Shown piece after piece: positions 26,765 to 35,812 of a stretch of 52,606 bases of DNA. Under the pieces are notes generated by a model. It saw only the letters and a list, made by a program, of their open reading frames with translations. It was not told where the DNA came from and did not search any database. Location of the stretch: the IMG/VR virus record IMGVR_UViG_3300037540_000099, positions 1-52,606 of that record; one strand, given 5' to 3'. Position numbers and translations under genes: made by a program. This DNA is from a virus (lineage: Duplodnaviria; Caudoviricetes). The number at the start of each line of letters is the position of its first letter. The stretch's first letter is position 1.

Positions 26765-27627
26765 CAGTGGGCATCCCTATAGACGCCAGGCAGGCGGGTG
26801 CATTGTGAACGCCAGCCTTCGTATGTGTGCTGATAGGTGCGGATTGGATTGGGGAGCAACGCTTGCCCCGTGACGCGCTCTTCACCTCGGTGCGTGATGC
26901 AGTAGCAGGCCCCGCCGTCATTCCGCTGCCACACCTGCCCGACCTCGATGGGCTCGGGTTCGGGGGCGGCCAGAATGCACTTCTTCTGCACAGCGGACCA
27001 GTACTTGCACTTGGGCTCGGCTTCCTCCGCGAACTCCTGGCGCTGCTCGGGCTCGATGCCCTCGTGAGGGTCGGGCTTCTTGGTGCGCCGCTTCCCTATC
27101 ACCTGCGGCTCGGTGTCCTTGCGCGGGTCATCCTTCGCCTCGGCGGGTGGGGCTGTCTCGTCGCTTGACAATTCTTCGAGCTTGGCACGGAGTTCTTCTT
27201 CGGTGAGACCAGCCGCTTTCAGCTTCCAGAAGAGCGCCATCACACGGGCCATGCCATCCTCTTCTGCCTCGGTTGATCCACGCGGCTCCTCGGCGGGCGC
27301 CGCTGTTACGCCATGCCGCATATTGAAGGCAACAAGTTCGGGATGGATGGCTTCGCACTTGATGCAGCGTTGTCCGTGGTAATGCCAAACCTCATACTGA
27401 TGCTCGCACTTCTCGCGGCCTGCTTCCTCGGCAGGCGGGTCTTCGCGCTCAAGGTCCTCAGCCACCACGACCATTGCGTTCTCGCCCAGCGCCGTCGGCA
27501 TCACTGTACCGACAAGCCGTAGCGCCTTCGCTATCCTCAGGTCGACCTCTCGCTCGGTCAGGCCGGGCGAAGGTGCCTTCGCTGCAATGCCCTCTCTCTC
27601 ACGGATGGGTGGTAGGTCAGTCATCAC
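26761..27627 (-). CDS. Mosaic hypothetical phage protein
   Basis: Coupled at both ends; small Cys domains with Pro/Glu linkers; IEVGQVWQ motif. Confidence 0.65.
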   Translation of the reverse strand: MMTDLPPIREREGIAAKAPSPGLTEREVDLRIAKALRLVGTVMPTALGENAMVVVAEDLEREDPPAEEAGREKCEHQYEVWHYHGQRCIKCEAIHPELVAFNMRHGVTAAPAEEPRGSTEAEEDGMARVMALFWKLKAAGLTEEELRAKLEELSSDETAPPAEAKDDPRKDTEPQVIGKRRTKKPDPHEGIEPEQRQEFAEEAEPKCKYWSAVQKKCILAAPEPEPIEVGQVWQRNDGGACYCITHRGEERVTGQALLPNPIRTYQHTYEGWRSQCTRLPGVYRDAHW

Positions 27628-28457
27628 GCCTCCAGTATTCTGAGCAGGCTCTCACCGTGTTCGAGTTCTTGGGCTAGTGGCCTCGCCGTGTCTCGGAGCC
27701 GCTTCAGCCTCTCTGCCTTCAGCGCCCGGAAGCCTTCTACATTGCGGGCGACCCTCATCGTTTCCCATCCCCGAGCCGACAGGTCTGGGCGCCGTCGCGG
27801 GAAGCCGATCTTGGCGAGTATGTCCGGCCAGCGAACGTCCTTGTCGATCTCGTCCGCAAGATCATCGAAGAGGATCGACTGACCTCCGGCTTCCTCTACA
27901 TCGCGAGCATCCTGGCAGGTCGCTGCCAGCCAGATCAGGAAGAGGGTTTCCAGGTCATCCTTCGGATCGAACAGGTGGTAGATGGCCTCCGCCGCTGTCC
28001 CCTTCGAGCCCTCCCGCTGTGAGTCGAATGTCTGCACTACCCAGAACCAGAAGTCCCGCTTTGCGAAGCTCGCTGCCACTCCATCGAAACCACGCCAGAG
28101 GTGGATCACTCTCGGCTCGGCGCCGCCGGCACGGAGGCCTTCCAGGGCGAGGGGGATCTTGTAGCAGAGGTACACTTCCTTGAATCCGTTGTGCCCCCAC
28201 TTGTGCTCCCCGAGATCCTCGAAGAGCTTCGGCATGTTGTCCTGCATGTTGGCGCTCGGGGTCGGCTGCATGTAGTCTCCACGGTAGGCGCCCTTCCCCT
28301 CGAAGAAGGTGCTGTGCCGGTTGCCCAGCCACCTCTCGATGCGATGCCCCCGCAGACCGTAAACAGGCTCGTTGCAGATGTCGATCCCCTCTATCGTGTT
28401 GAGGGACTCCAGAAACCAGGTGCTGCCCGAGCGGGGGAAGGAGAAGATGGAGATCAT
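27624..28457 (-). CDS. PAPS-dependent sulfotransferase
   Basis: FPRSGSTW (5'-PSB loop), NEP, GFKE, HLWR....AAS (3'-PB), FDDL. Real start is ATG at 28457 (ATGA coupling), not 28961. Confidence 0.85.
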   Translation of the reverse strand: MISIFSFPRSGSTWFLESLNTIEGIDICNEPVYGLRGHRIERWLGNRHSTFFEGKGAYRGDYMQPTPSANMQDNMPKLFEDLGEHKWGHNGFKEVYLCYKIPLALEGLRAGGAEPRVIHLWRGFDGVAASFAKRDFWFWVVQTFDSQREGSKGTAAEAIYHLFDPKDDLETLFLIWLAATCQDARDVEEAGGQSILFDDLADEIDKDVRWPDILAKIGFPRRRPDLSARGWETMRVARNVEGFRALKAERLKRLRDTARPLAQELEHGESLLRILEA

Positions 28458-28669
28458 CGGAGCCGCGCCCTTCGTCGTTCCTCCCACAGACCGAGAAGGT
28501 ACGGGATGCTCTTGCGCAGACGCCCCTCCTGCTTCGGAGCCGTTGAGGGAGTCCGTCGTGCGTGCGCGAGGATAGCCTTCGCGGTTCGCCGCAGGTCCGC
28601 TCGCGACGGAGGCCCGTACTGCTTGAGCACTCGCCGGATAGCCTCGGGATCGACCTTGAGTCGGATCAC
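28454..28669 (-). CDS. Small basic hypothetical protein
   Basis: Coupled at both ends. Confidence 0.6.
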   Translation of the reverse strand: MIRLKVDPEAIRRVLKQYGPPSRADLRRTAKAILAHARRTPSTAPKQEGRLRKSIPYLLGLWEERRRARLR

Positions 28670-30261
28670 TCCTCTGCCTCCCCGCTGACTTCAGCCTGCG
28701 CATCCGCCTCCCGATCTCGTCTCGCCTCTTCCGCCAACCTCGCGGCCATTTCCGCCGCGGTCTCACGCTCGCCGATCTTCTCGACGAGGAGTTCGTGGAA
28801 CTGGCCGGCCATCCGCTCGGCTGCGAACATCTCTGCGACCTGCAGGCTGAACTCAGGAGGGACCCGACCGTCGTGCAGGTGAGCCACAACGGTGTCGGCC
28901 ATCTCGTCCAAGTCGCCCGGCTCGCACAGGTCAACATACGGAGGGAGCCCGAGCAGATCATAGATCTCAGGGATGCCCCCGCCGATCATGGCCACAACCG
29001 GACACCTGCACATCAGAGCCTCGGGGATGATCAGCCCGAACGGTTCGTCGGTCCTTGTGTGCATCAGGCAATCCATCGCTCCGTACATCGCCGGCATCTG
29101 ATCGGGGCTGACGTGCGCGTGGATGATGTCGGCCTCGGCGAGCTCCGCTCTCTGCATGTACTTCGTCTTCTGATCCGTGAATTCGTCAACATCATCGGGA
29201 GGGATCACCGAGGCCCAGGTGAGGCCACGCTTTTCGGCCCGCTCGCGCGAGGCCACATAGACTTCCGGCTCCCACATCGGCCCGACCATCAGGCCACGGA
29301 CTCGCGACTCGCGATGCGCCTTCATGGATGCCAAGCAGGAGACCCACTCAACCGGCTTCTTCTCCTGGCTGAAACGCCCCGAGAAACCAACGATGAGATC
29401 ATCAGGCCGAATGCCCAGCGACTCACGCACCTTCGTCCGCGACTCCTCATCACACGGCCGGAAGACCTCGGAGTCGATCCCGTTGTAGATCAGGTAGACA
29501 GGCACTTGAGGCATTCGGCCGGACGTATGGACGCGGTTGGCGGAGTGATCGGAGACGGCTATGATGAAGTCGCTCGGATGTTCCTGCGCATCCCAGTTCC
29601 AGCCGCAATGATTGTATTCGCCGATCAGCGGGACACGCAGGTCGTTGGCTGCGAAGAGAGGGGCATGTGCGAGCTGACCAATCACGATGTCCGGCGCCAC
29701 ATCCCGCAGGACCTTCGTGGCCTCCGCCCGGGCCCGCTGGAACGGGCCAGGCATCGGCGGGAAGTCCCACTCAAACATCAGATAGTGCTCTATGAGTTCG
29801 ACGCCTTCAGGGAGCGAGTCATCCATGTCCTTCACTTGGCCGGTCACCACGACAGGCGTGAAGAGGTCCCGGTCAAGATGCTTGATGTGGGTGATGGTGA
29901 CGACTTCGAGGCCGCCCCGGTGCCAGCAGGGCGACACGAACGCGATCTTGTAGGGCGGGGAGTCGGGCTTCGGGCCGACCTGTCTCGTGAGGGGAAAGCC
30001 GATGGGCTCGTGATGAGGGATGATCTTCTGCGCGGCCATTAGCGGTTCGTCCTCCTGCGGTACTGGTGCGCCGCTTGGGCGTGGCGTCGGACCCCGACTG
30101 ACGAGCGCCTCCAAGTCCTCCCGCCGGTAGCGGGTCTGCTTCCCCACCCGAACGGCTGGCAGCGTGCCCTGCTTGGCCCATCGCCGAACCGTGCGCGGGG
30201 TCACGTCGAGAAACCGTGCTGTCTCTGCGCATGTCATCAGGGGAGTCTTGCTACCCAACAT
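28666..30261 (-). CDS. Excisionase-type HTH fused to GT4 (GT-B) glycosyltransferase
   Basis: N-terminal LMTCAETARFLDVTPRTVRRWAKQGTLPAVRVGKQTRYRREDL. Then GGLE, IAVS, IYNGID, GRFSQEK and EPFGLIIPEA (EX7E). Confidence 0.9.
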   Translation of the reverse strand: MLGSKTPLMTCAETARFLDVTPRTVRRWAKQGTLPAVRVGKQTRYRREDLEALVSRGPTPRPSGAPVPQEDEPLMAAQKIIPHHEPIGFPLTRQVGPKPDSPPYKIAFVSPCWHRGGLEVVTITHIKHLDRDLFTPVVVTGQVKDMDDSLPEGVELIEHYLMFEWDFPPMPGPFQRARAEATKVLRDVAPDIVIGQLAHAPLFAANDLRVPLIGEYNHCGWNWDAQEHPSDFIIAVSDHSANRVHTSGRMPQVPVYLIYNGIDSEVFRPCDEESRTKVRESLGIRPDDLIVGFSGRFSQEKKPVEWVSCLASMKAHRESRVRGLMVGPMWEPEVYVASRERAEKRGLTWASVIPPDDVDEFTDQKTKYMQRAELAEADIIHAHVSPDQMPAMYGAMDCLMHTRTDEPFGLIIPEALMCRCPVVAMIGGGIPEIYDLLGLPPYVDLCEPGDLDEMADTVVAHLHDGRVPPEFSLQVAEMFAAERMAGQFHELLVEKIGERETAAEMAARLAEEARRDREADAQAEVSGEAEE

Positions 30262-30268
30262 GGGGGAG

Positions 30269-30298
30269 AATGTACCACAAACGGACAGAAGCGGTCAA
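30269..30298 (-). promoter_or_regulatory. Promoter TTGACC-N18-TACATT (TGn-extended) for the accessory operon, probably leaderless
   Basis: -35 at 30298-30293, -10 at 30274-30269; 7 nt between the -10 and the ATG, with no RBS. Confidence 0.65.
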
Positions 30299-30305
30299 GA
30301 GGGTC

Positions 30306-31895
30306 CTATTCCTGCAGGGCCGCATCGCGATCATAACCTGCGGCTTGGTCCTCAAACCAGCCCTCGCCATTCTCAAGGTTGATGTTGAGGGTACCAGGGA
30401 TATTGGTCGCTGCTTGAGCTTGCCGAGCTTCGTGGGCCTCACGAATAGCCTCGGCGTGACGACGAGAACCCGGGGTGACGCCTGGAGGTACTGTCGTGAC
30501 TGGGGCAAAGGTCTCTACGCCTAGCACTCCAGGGAATACGGCTTCAGGTGGCTGGGCCATCACTGGAGCATCGAGAGGGGCGATTGCTTCAGTAGGCCCA
30601 ACAGGGCGAGCGCCTCGACGTCTTATGCTACGGCGTTGTGCTTGCAGCCTGCCGAACACTTCTCCGATCTGCTCGCCCAGTTGCTTTTCTGTCTCTGCCG
30701 CTATTGCAATCTCCCGCGTTTCCTGACGTCTCTCAATCTGATGGACCGCAAAGAGACCAAGTATACCTGCCCCACCGGGCACTGCCCTACCGGCTGCCCC
30801 CCGAGCGCCCGCAAGAGCACCACCGCCACCGGGCACTCTACCGCCGCCGCGAGCGCCGGGACCAATCGGGATTATGGCGCCGCCTCCACCTCCCACACCG
30901 GCTACACCAGCCGCGCCGGCAGTTGCTCCCGCCCTGGCCATTCGACTGGCGGCGACTTCCGTGGCTGCCGCCGCCTGAGTAGCAGCCACGCCCGTCCGCG
31001 TGAACCAGCCGATCACCATTCTGAGTCCATTGATCAGGAACGGAAGCGCCATAAGGATCGGCCCGCCGACGCCGAATGCGATCCCGATAGCGAAGGAGGC
31101 CTTGATGATCTTCTCCGCCAGCTTGGGATGTTCGTCTGCCCACTCGCGGAAGGAGGCGATGGCCTCGGCGAAGTTCTCCGCCGCCTCAGCGATACCCGGG
31201 CCAAGCGTGGTGACGAGGGTCTGCCCGAGCCCCTGCGCTGCCAACTTGACTTCGTTGAGGGCATCGTTGTAACGCTCTGCCGCTTGGGCCGCGTCCTTAT
31301 CCCAGACGATGCCCAGCTCTTCGGCCCGCTCGGTGAGCTCCTTGACGCCCTCGGAGCCCTGGTTCAGCATCGTAAGGAGCGCGACTCCACGCCCGCCGAA
31401 GATCTCCTGCGCCGTCGCTGCCTTGAGCGTGCCCTCCTCCATCTTCGAGAAGCCGTCGGCGAGGTCATTGATCAGCTCTTCGGCGCTCTTGATCGTGCCG
31501 TCTGCCTTCTTCACGGAGACGCCCACGCGCTCGTAGGCTTGCTCATACTGCTCCATGCCATCAGCCGCTTCAGCCGCCGACCGTTGCATTCCCCGAAGGC
31601 TCATCTGCAGGGCGCCGAACTCAAGGCCGGACTGCTCGGCTGCGAACCGGAGCTTGCTCAGTTCCTCTACTGCGACACCCGTAATCTGAGCCGCCTTCGC
31701 TATTTCGTCCCCGTACCGCGCGGCGCTGGTGAGCGAGGCCATCATGGTTCCGGTGATGGCTGCACCCACAGCCGTCATCACCCGGCCGACCCCGGCGGCC
31801 TTGTTGGCGAGCGAGTCCAAGCGGCTCTCCGTCTGACTGAAGCCGCGACCGGACTGATCGACGTAACCAAGAAGGACCTTCAGGTCGAGTGGCAT
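30306..31895 (-). CDS. Tail tape measure protein
   Basis: Follows the tail chaperones; Ala/Gly-rich helical TMP motifs (AQITGVAVEELSKLRFAAEQSG, AQEIFG) and hydrophobic segments. Confidence 0.88.
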   Translation of the reverse strand: MPLDLKVLLGYVDQSGRGFSQTESRLDSLANKAAGVGRVMTAVGAAITGTMMASLTSAARYGDEIAKAAQITGVAVEELSKLRFAAEQSGLEFGALQMSLRGMQRSAAEAADGMEQYEQAYERVGVSVKKADGTIKSAEELINDLADGFSKMEEGTLKAATAQEIFGGRGVALLTMLNQGSEGVKELTERAEELGIVWDKDAAQAAERYNDALNEVKLAAQGLGQTLVTTLGPGIAEAAENFAEAIASFREWADEHPKLAEKIIKASFAIGIAFGVGGPILMALPFLINGLRMVIGWFTRTGVAATQAAAATEVAASRMARAGATAGAAGVAGVGGGGGAIIPIGPGARGGGRVPGGGGALAGARGAAGRAVPGGAGILGLFAVHQIERRQETREIAIAAETEKQLGEQIGEVFGRLQAQRRSIRRRGARPVGPTEAIAPLDAPVMAQPPEAVFPGVLGVETFAPVTTVPPGVTPGSRRHAEAIREAHEARQAQAATNIPGTLNINLENGEGWFEDQAAGYDRDAALQE

Positions 31896-31896
31896 A

Positions 31897-32193
31897 CTAC
31901 CTGCCTGCTTCCAGTGCCGCCTGCTCGCGGGCGGCGGTCCTGCCTATCGCCATGCCCTCGCTGTAATCGTGGAGGACGAGGGCCGCCTGATCCAATGCCA
32001 TGAGTTCAGCCGGGGTGATCTCAAGGGAGAGACAGAGGTGTGCCCAGAGAAACTCATCGGGAATGGGGACCCCCTCGCTGCCCGCCGCCGACGTCCGCTT
32101 CACGTACTGCTCCAGCGTGTGCCTCAGGCGCCCGGTGTTGTGACGAGGTGCCGTTATGGCGTATCCGGCTGCCCGGGCGCGGTCTCTTCCCCC
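31897..32193 (-). CDS. Tail assembly chaperone gpGT C-terminal part, reached by -1 frameshift
   Basis: The -1 frame is open from the G GGG GAA site (32193-32187) to the stop at 31897 (checked by hand). Confidence 0.75.
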   Translation of the reverse strand, partial: GGRDRARAAGYAITAPRHNTGRLRHTLEQYVKRTSAAGSEGVPIPDEFLWAHLCLSLEITPAELMALDQAALVLHDYSEGMAIGRTAAREQAALEAGR

Positions 32194-32615
32194 AGCAGGC
32201 GCCGCCTCTCATTGAAGAACTCACAGGTGACCTTGACCTTCTGGTCGGTGGGGAAGGTAGCGATGCCTGGGGGAATGCACTGCACCTCAGCGCCTTCGTC
32301 ATCGGTCACGCCCTCCCATTCCACGACGGCCGCAGTGAAGAGCTCGCAGAAGATACGCTTCACATCGCCCGTCAGGTGCCGCTCTCCAATCTCAATGTCC
32401 TTCGCCCTCTCCGCAATCTCCTCTACAGTCATGTCATTGAGCTTCTTCAGGATCTCCTCGGCGCTTTCGCCAGTCTCCTCGCGCAGGGCCTCGCTGAGGA
32501 TCAGCGGCCAAGCAGCGTTGAGCACATCGCACGCCAAGAGCAACTCCGCGTCCGCTGTCCCGAACCAGAACGTCGCTCCGTCGACCTCCGCCCTTGTCCG
32601 TAGTCTGATCTGCAC
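32154..32615 (-). CDS. Tail assembly chaperone (gpG-like)
   Basis: Between major tail and TMP; VVEWEGVTDDEG motif; slippery site near the end. Confidence 0.8.
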   Translation of the reverse strand: MQIRLRTRAEVDGATFWFGTADAELLLACDVLNAAWPLILSEALREETGESAEEILKKLNDMTVEEIAERAKDIEIGERHLTGDVKRIFCELFTAAVVEWEGVTDDEGAEVQCIPPGIATFPTDQKVKVTCEFFNERRRLLGEETAPGQPDTP

Positions 32616-32626
32616 GGCTGACCTCC

Positions 32627-33481
32627 TTAGGCTGTCGATATGGCCAGGTTGCCGCTGTTGGCATCATGGCCCATCCGGTAGTTGATCTCTTTCAGGGCAT
32701 CATGTGCAGTCGGTCCCGTATCCCAGGCGTAGACCTCGGGCGTCGTGCTGGTGATCGTGATGGTCTCGGGCGTATCTGCGGCGTTGACTGCGGTGCCGAT
32801 CACCGTGGCCACCGTGATCAGTTCGTCGGCGGTCAGATCGGCGGCGGTCTCGACGAGGGCAACGATGTCAAGCGTGGCCATCTCATTGCCCTTGACGCCA
32901 TACTCAGGGAACCGCTCACTGCCGGAGGCTACCTCGTTCAGCGACCAGAATGGCACGATCCGGTTGTCTACCGTCCACGCGCATCGACGGAGACCGGCGT
33001 TGCTGGACGCGATTTTGACATGGCCACGATGCCACTCGAAGGTGGTCTTGGGACAACTCGAATGATCGAGCCCGCCCCCCGTGCGCGTGTGCTTCCCGGT
33101 GGTGAGAAGGGCCGTCAGAGCCATTTGGAAGGCAGCCCCGGCCTCTATCGTCATCACCGTACGCTGGGCCTCCCAGACAGCCGACCGAATACCCCGCTCA
33201 TCGTCGCCCACGTCCAGCGGAATGTCGGTGAGCGCACCGTTCGGGTAAGATGCGCGGAGGATCTTGTCGATAGCGCAGGAGTCCTTGTCGATCGGCAGGT
33301 ATGTGAGGCCATCGATCACGGTGGCCTGCTGCCCACCGACCATAGTCCCCGTGCCCCCGGTCCCGCCGCGTTCCTGCACGTTGACATCCTCACCCCATCG
33401 GCCCGAGAGCAACTGGCCAATCGGGGTATCGTAGCCCGCTGCACCCATCGCGTAGTGTACTAGACCTGTTGCGCCGGCCAT
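32627..33481 (-). CDS. Major tail tube protein
   Basis: Position, size (284 aa) and T/G-rich composition. Confidence 0.7.
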   Translation of the reverse strand: MAGATGLVHYAMGAAGYDTPIGQLLSGRWGEDVNVQERGGTGGTGTMVGGQQATVIDGLTYLPIDKDSCAIDKILRASYPNGALTDIPLDVGDDERGIRSAVWEAQRTVMTIEAGAAFQMALTALLTTGKHTRTGGGLDHSSCPKTTFEWHRGHVKIASSNAGLRRCAWTVDNRIVPFWSLNEVASGSERFPEYGVKGNEMATLDIVALVETAADLTADELITVATVIGTAVNAADTPETITITSTTPEVYAWDTGPTAHDALKEINYRMGHDANSGNLAISTA

Positions 33482-33493
33482 GTCAGCACCTCT

Positions 33494-33949
33494 CTAGACT
33501 CGCCAGGAACAGCGGAGCGTTCGTCCTTTGATCCATGATTCGGGATGGCCCGGATATGTGGCCATGAAAGGCGTCCATCCATCGAAGCGACCGACTGCCG
33601 CGTCCACGCTGTCATCGGCGTCAATGTCGCGGTTCGCCTGTACGGTGTCGATGATCGTCTCGACGGCTGCGTTGATGCTGGCCATCGTTGCCTCGTCTTC
33701 ATCCCAGGGGATCTCGACCGTACAGGCCAAGTGCATCCGGTAGAAGCTGCTACCTCCCGACACCTCGTCGAGGTCTACCGCCCACTCAGCTTCGACTCCA
33801 GCGTCTCCTTCGTAGACCATCACGCGAAGGCCGTTCGTATTGGTAGGCGTTATGGCCGGCGGGCCGACCCGTTGCCCCTCTATGACCGGGCAGGAGAGCT
33901 GCGCTCGGAGCAATACCACGAAGTCCCCGAGCAGCTCGTCGAAGGTCAC
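33494..33949 (-). CDS. Tail terminator-like protein
   Basis: Position and size; acidic. Confidence 0.6.
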   Translation of the reverse strand: MTFDELLGDFVVLLRAQLSCPVIEGQRVGPPAITPTNTNGLRVMVYEGDAGVEAEWAVDLDEVSGGSSFYRMHLACTVEIPWDEDEATMASINAAVETIIDTVQANRDIDADDSVDAAVGRFDGWTPFMATYPGHPESWIKGRTLRCSWRV

Positions 33950-34416
33950 GGAAGCACCTTCCCTATCGCGTTACTCATGTTGTTCCGAACCTCGTTCTGT
34001 GTGCTCTTCAGCGCAGGTGCCAGGAAGGGCCGCGCGGGGATCTCCGAACCAGGATGCTCGACCCTCGTAGCGAAGACCATATTCCCGGCGACCTCGAAGG
34101 CCAGCACGCTCGCGTTGACGGGGACGATGGTTCGGGCATTGGTCCTGCCGCCCTCTTCGTGGATGCGGCCATAGACCACGTTTGTCCCGACTGCCGCGAA
34201 GCCCTCGTGAACCTCGTGAGTGATCGACTGCCTCAGCCTACCGCTATCGCCGACAAGGTGATCCGGTCGGCCACCGTAGATGATGCGCTTGGCTTCCGAC
34301 TCGACCATCACAGCGGACTTCTTGAGGGCTCGCTGCAGGGCCTCCCGCACCTCGCGCGGCAGGGCGCGTAGCTGACGAATGGCCTCCTTGTCGCCAACCA
34401 ACTCCATCCTGAGCAT
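33946..34416 (-). CDS. HK97 gp10-like / virion morphogenesis neck protein
   Basis: SGRLRQSI, VGTNVVYGRIHEEG, IPARPFLAPAL. Confidence 0.85.
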   Translation of the reverse strand: MLRMELVGDKEAIRQLRALPREVREALQRALKKSAVMVESEAKRIIYGGRPDHLVGDSGRLRQSITHEVHEGFAAVGTNVVYGRIHEEGGRTNARTIVPVNASVLAFEVAGNMVFATRVEHPGSEIPARPFLAPALKSTQNEVRNNMSNAIGKVLP

Positions 34417-34418
34417 GG

Positions 34419-34631
34419 CTATCCCTGTGATTCGGCTATCGCTTCGCACGCCTCGGCGGTTCGTCGTAGCAAGTCATTCCTGCTCTGCATACAGCATGTG
34501 CCTGCTTCACTATCCCACCATGTACAGCATTCGCCCCCACAGCGTGCTTCCTTGCGCCCGTTTGGCCACGGGAAACAACTGCCCCAAGATCGGCCGACGA
34601 GAAGCGGACAATGTCTTTGGTTCCAGTCCAT
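34419..34631 (-). CDS. Small Cys-rich protein inserted in the head-tail module
   Basis: CPLL...C.GECCTWW...CC; GGAG RBS; fills the gap. Confidence 0.6.
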   Translation of the reverse strand: MDWNQRHCPLLVGRSWGSCFPWPNGRKEARCGGECCTWWDSEAGTCCMQSRNDLLRRTAEACEAIAESQG

Positions 34632-34635
34632 GATG

Positions 34636-34977
34636 TCACTCCGCTACCGTTCCGGGCACGTTCGCCACCGTCACCCTCAGGTTGCCTGGCCTCGGTTTCT
34701 CGCGCCACCGGCTGCCCTGCACGAGGTACTCTTCACCGTCTGCGATGTCCCGAAGGCGCCTTCCACCGAGCACATCTGTCTGCGCCTCGTTGCCCATGCG
34801 GATCACATGGGAGACAGTCGGCTCCGTGACGCCTGCTCCCATTTCTCGCCGAGCTCCTTCAGGAGTGAGTTGCCTGAGTGAACCCTTCAGCCCGTCGTTC
34901 ACGAGAGTCCAGGTGTCGGCCTCGTCGTCTCCGAGCCAGACCTGAAACGTGTGGGTCATATCGGAATGGATGCTCAC
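34636..34977 (-). CDS. Head closure (stopper) protein
   Basis: Position and size (113 aa); GEEYLV beta pattern. Confidence 0.65.
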   Translation of the reverse strand: MSIHSDMTHTFQVWLGDDEADTWTLVNDGLKGSLRQLTPEGARREMGAGVTEPTVSHVIRMGNEAQTDVLGGRRLRDIADGEEYLVQGSRWREKPRPGNLRVTVANVPGTVAE

Positions 34978-35543
34978 TAGACCGTCTCCAGAAGCACGTA
35001 ATCCTGCAGGGAGCTCGCGATGCTTTCGGGCACGCCTCGGATCATGGCCTCGCGCGTCTCGCTGGCTCCATCCACGCTGTCCTGCTTCACGCCCCGGTCG
35101 CCGCGCCGGTCAAGCAACCAGCCTACGAGGTCGAGCATCGCATCGCGGAGATCGTCTGGCAGCGTGCTCGCCGAATAGCCTGCCGTATACTGCACCCGCA
35201 CCTGCTCGAAGCCTGTCGCCCAACTCGTGCCGTCGCGGTAGAGGAGACCTGCGTCCGCATCAAGGATGTAGCCCGTTGACGCGACCTCCGAAGTGGTGGT
35301 CTCTTGGGCGTTCTCCGTGACGGTCGTAACGGCCGTGACCGGATAGCTCGGGAGTTGGATCACGCGGACACCTTGAGGCACCGTGAAGTAATGATCACGG
35401 GCAGCCGAATCGAAGGTGCCCTTGCGGTTGCAGAAGCGAGCGGCCCGGGCCTCGGCACGGTCGATGGCCTGCTGCAACAGGCGCTCATTCCCGCTTGCCT
35501 GAGGCAGCCACTCCTGGACTTCCTGTAGCGTGAGCAGGGCCAT
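34977..35543 (-). CDS. Head-tail connector (gp6/gp15-like adaptor)
   Basis: LLTLQEV..WL, LPSYPV..V, VQYTAGY...LPDDLR.A. Confidence 0.85.
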   Translation of the reverse strand: MALLTLQEVQEWLPQASGNERLLQQAIDRAEARAARFCNRKGTFDSAARDHYFTVPQGVRVIQLPSYPVTAVTTVTENAQETTTSEVASTGYILDADAGLLYRDGTSWATGFEQVRVQYTAGYSASTLPDDLRDAMLDLVGWLLDRRGDRGVKQDSVDGASETREAMIRGVPESIASSLQDYVLLETV

Positions 35544-35545
35544 CT

Positions 35546-35812
35546 CTAGTCCTCCGGCGAAGACTCACTCTCGACTTCACCTTTGCTCGGCTGTCGGTCT
35601 GGCAGTCGCACTACGTCCTCCCGTATCTCCAGCTCGTGAAGGCGTTCGCGCATCCGTTCCTTCTGCCGGTCGGTCATCTTCTCACCCTCGGGCCGAAGCT
35701 CAAGGATGGCATCTTTAGAGAAGTAGTAGTCAAGCGACCCGTCAGCGTTGAGCTTCCGAATGGGCTGGCCGCCGACGTTTTGCAGCGTGACGATGGGTGC
35801 CTCTTTTGGCAT
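35546..35812 (-). CDS. Small hypothetical protein after the capsid gene
   Basis: AGGAAGG before MPKEAP; start could be 35842. Confidence 0.6.
   Translation of the reverse strand: MPKEAPIVTLQNVGGQPIRKLNADGSLDYYFSKDAILELRPEGEKMTDRQKERMRERLHELEIREDVVRLPDRQPSKGEVESESSPED

Noticed and set aside
28458-28961. N-terminal extension of the sulfotransferase ORF as given in the track
   Set aside because: It overlaps two better genes. The domain begins at the coupled ATG at 28457.
30100-30261. Excisionase of an integration module
   Set aside because: The HTH is fused in frame to a glycosyltransferase, and I found no integrase or att site.
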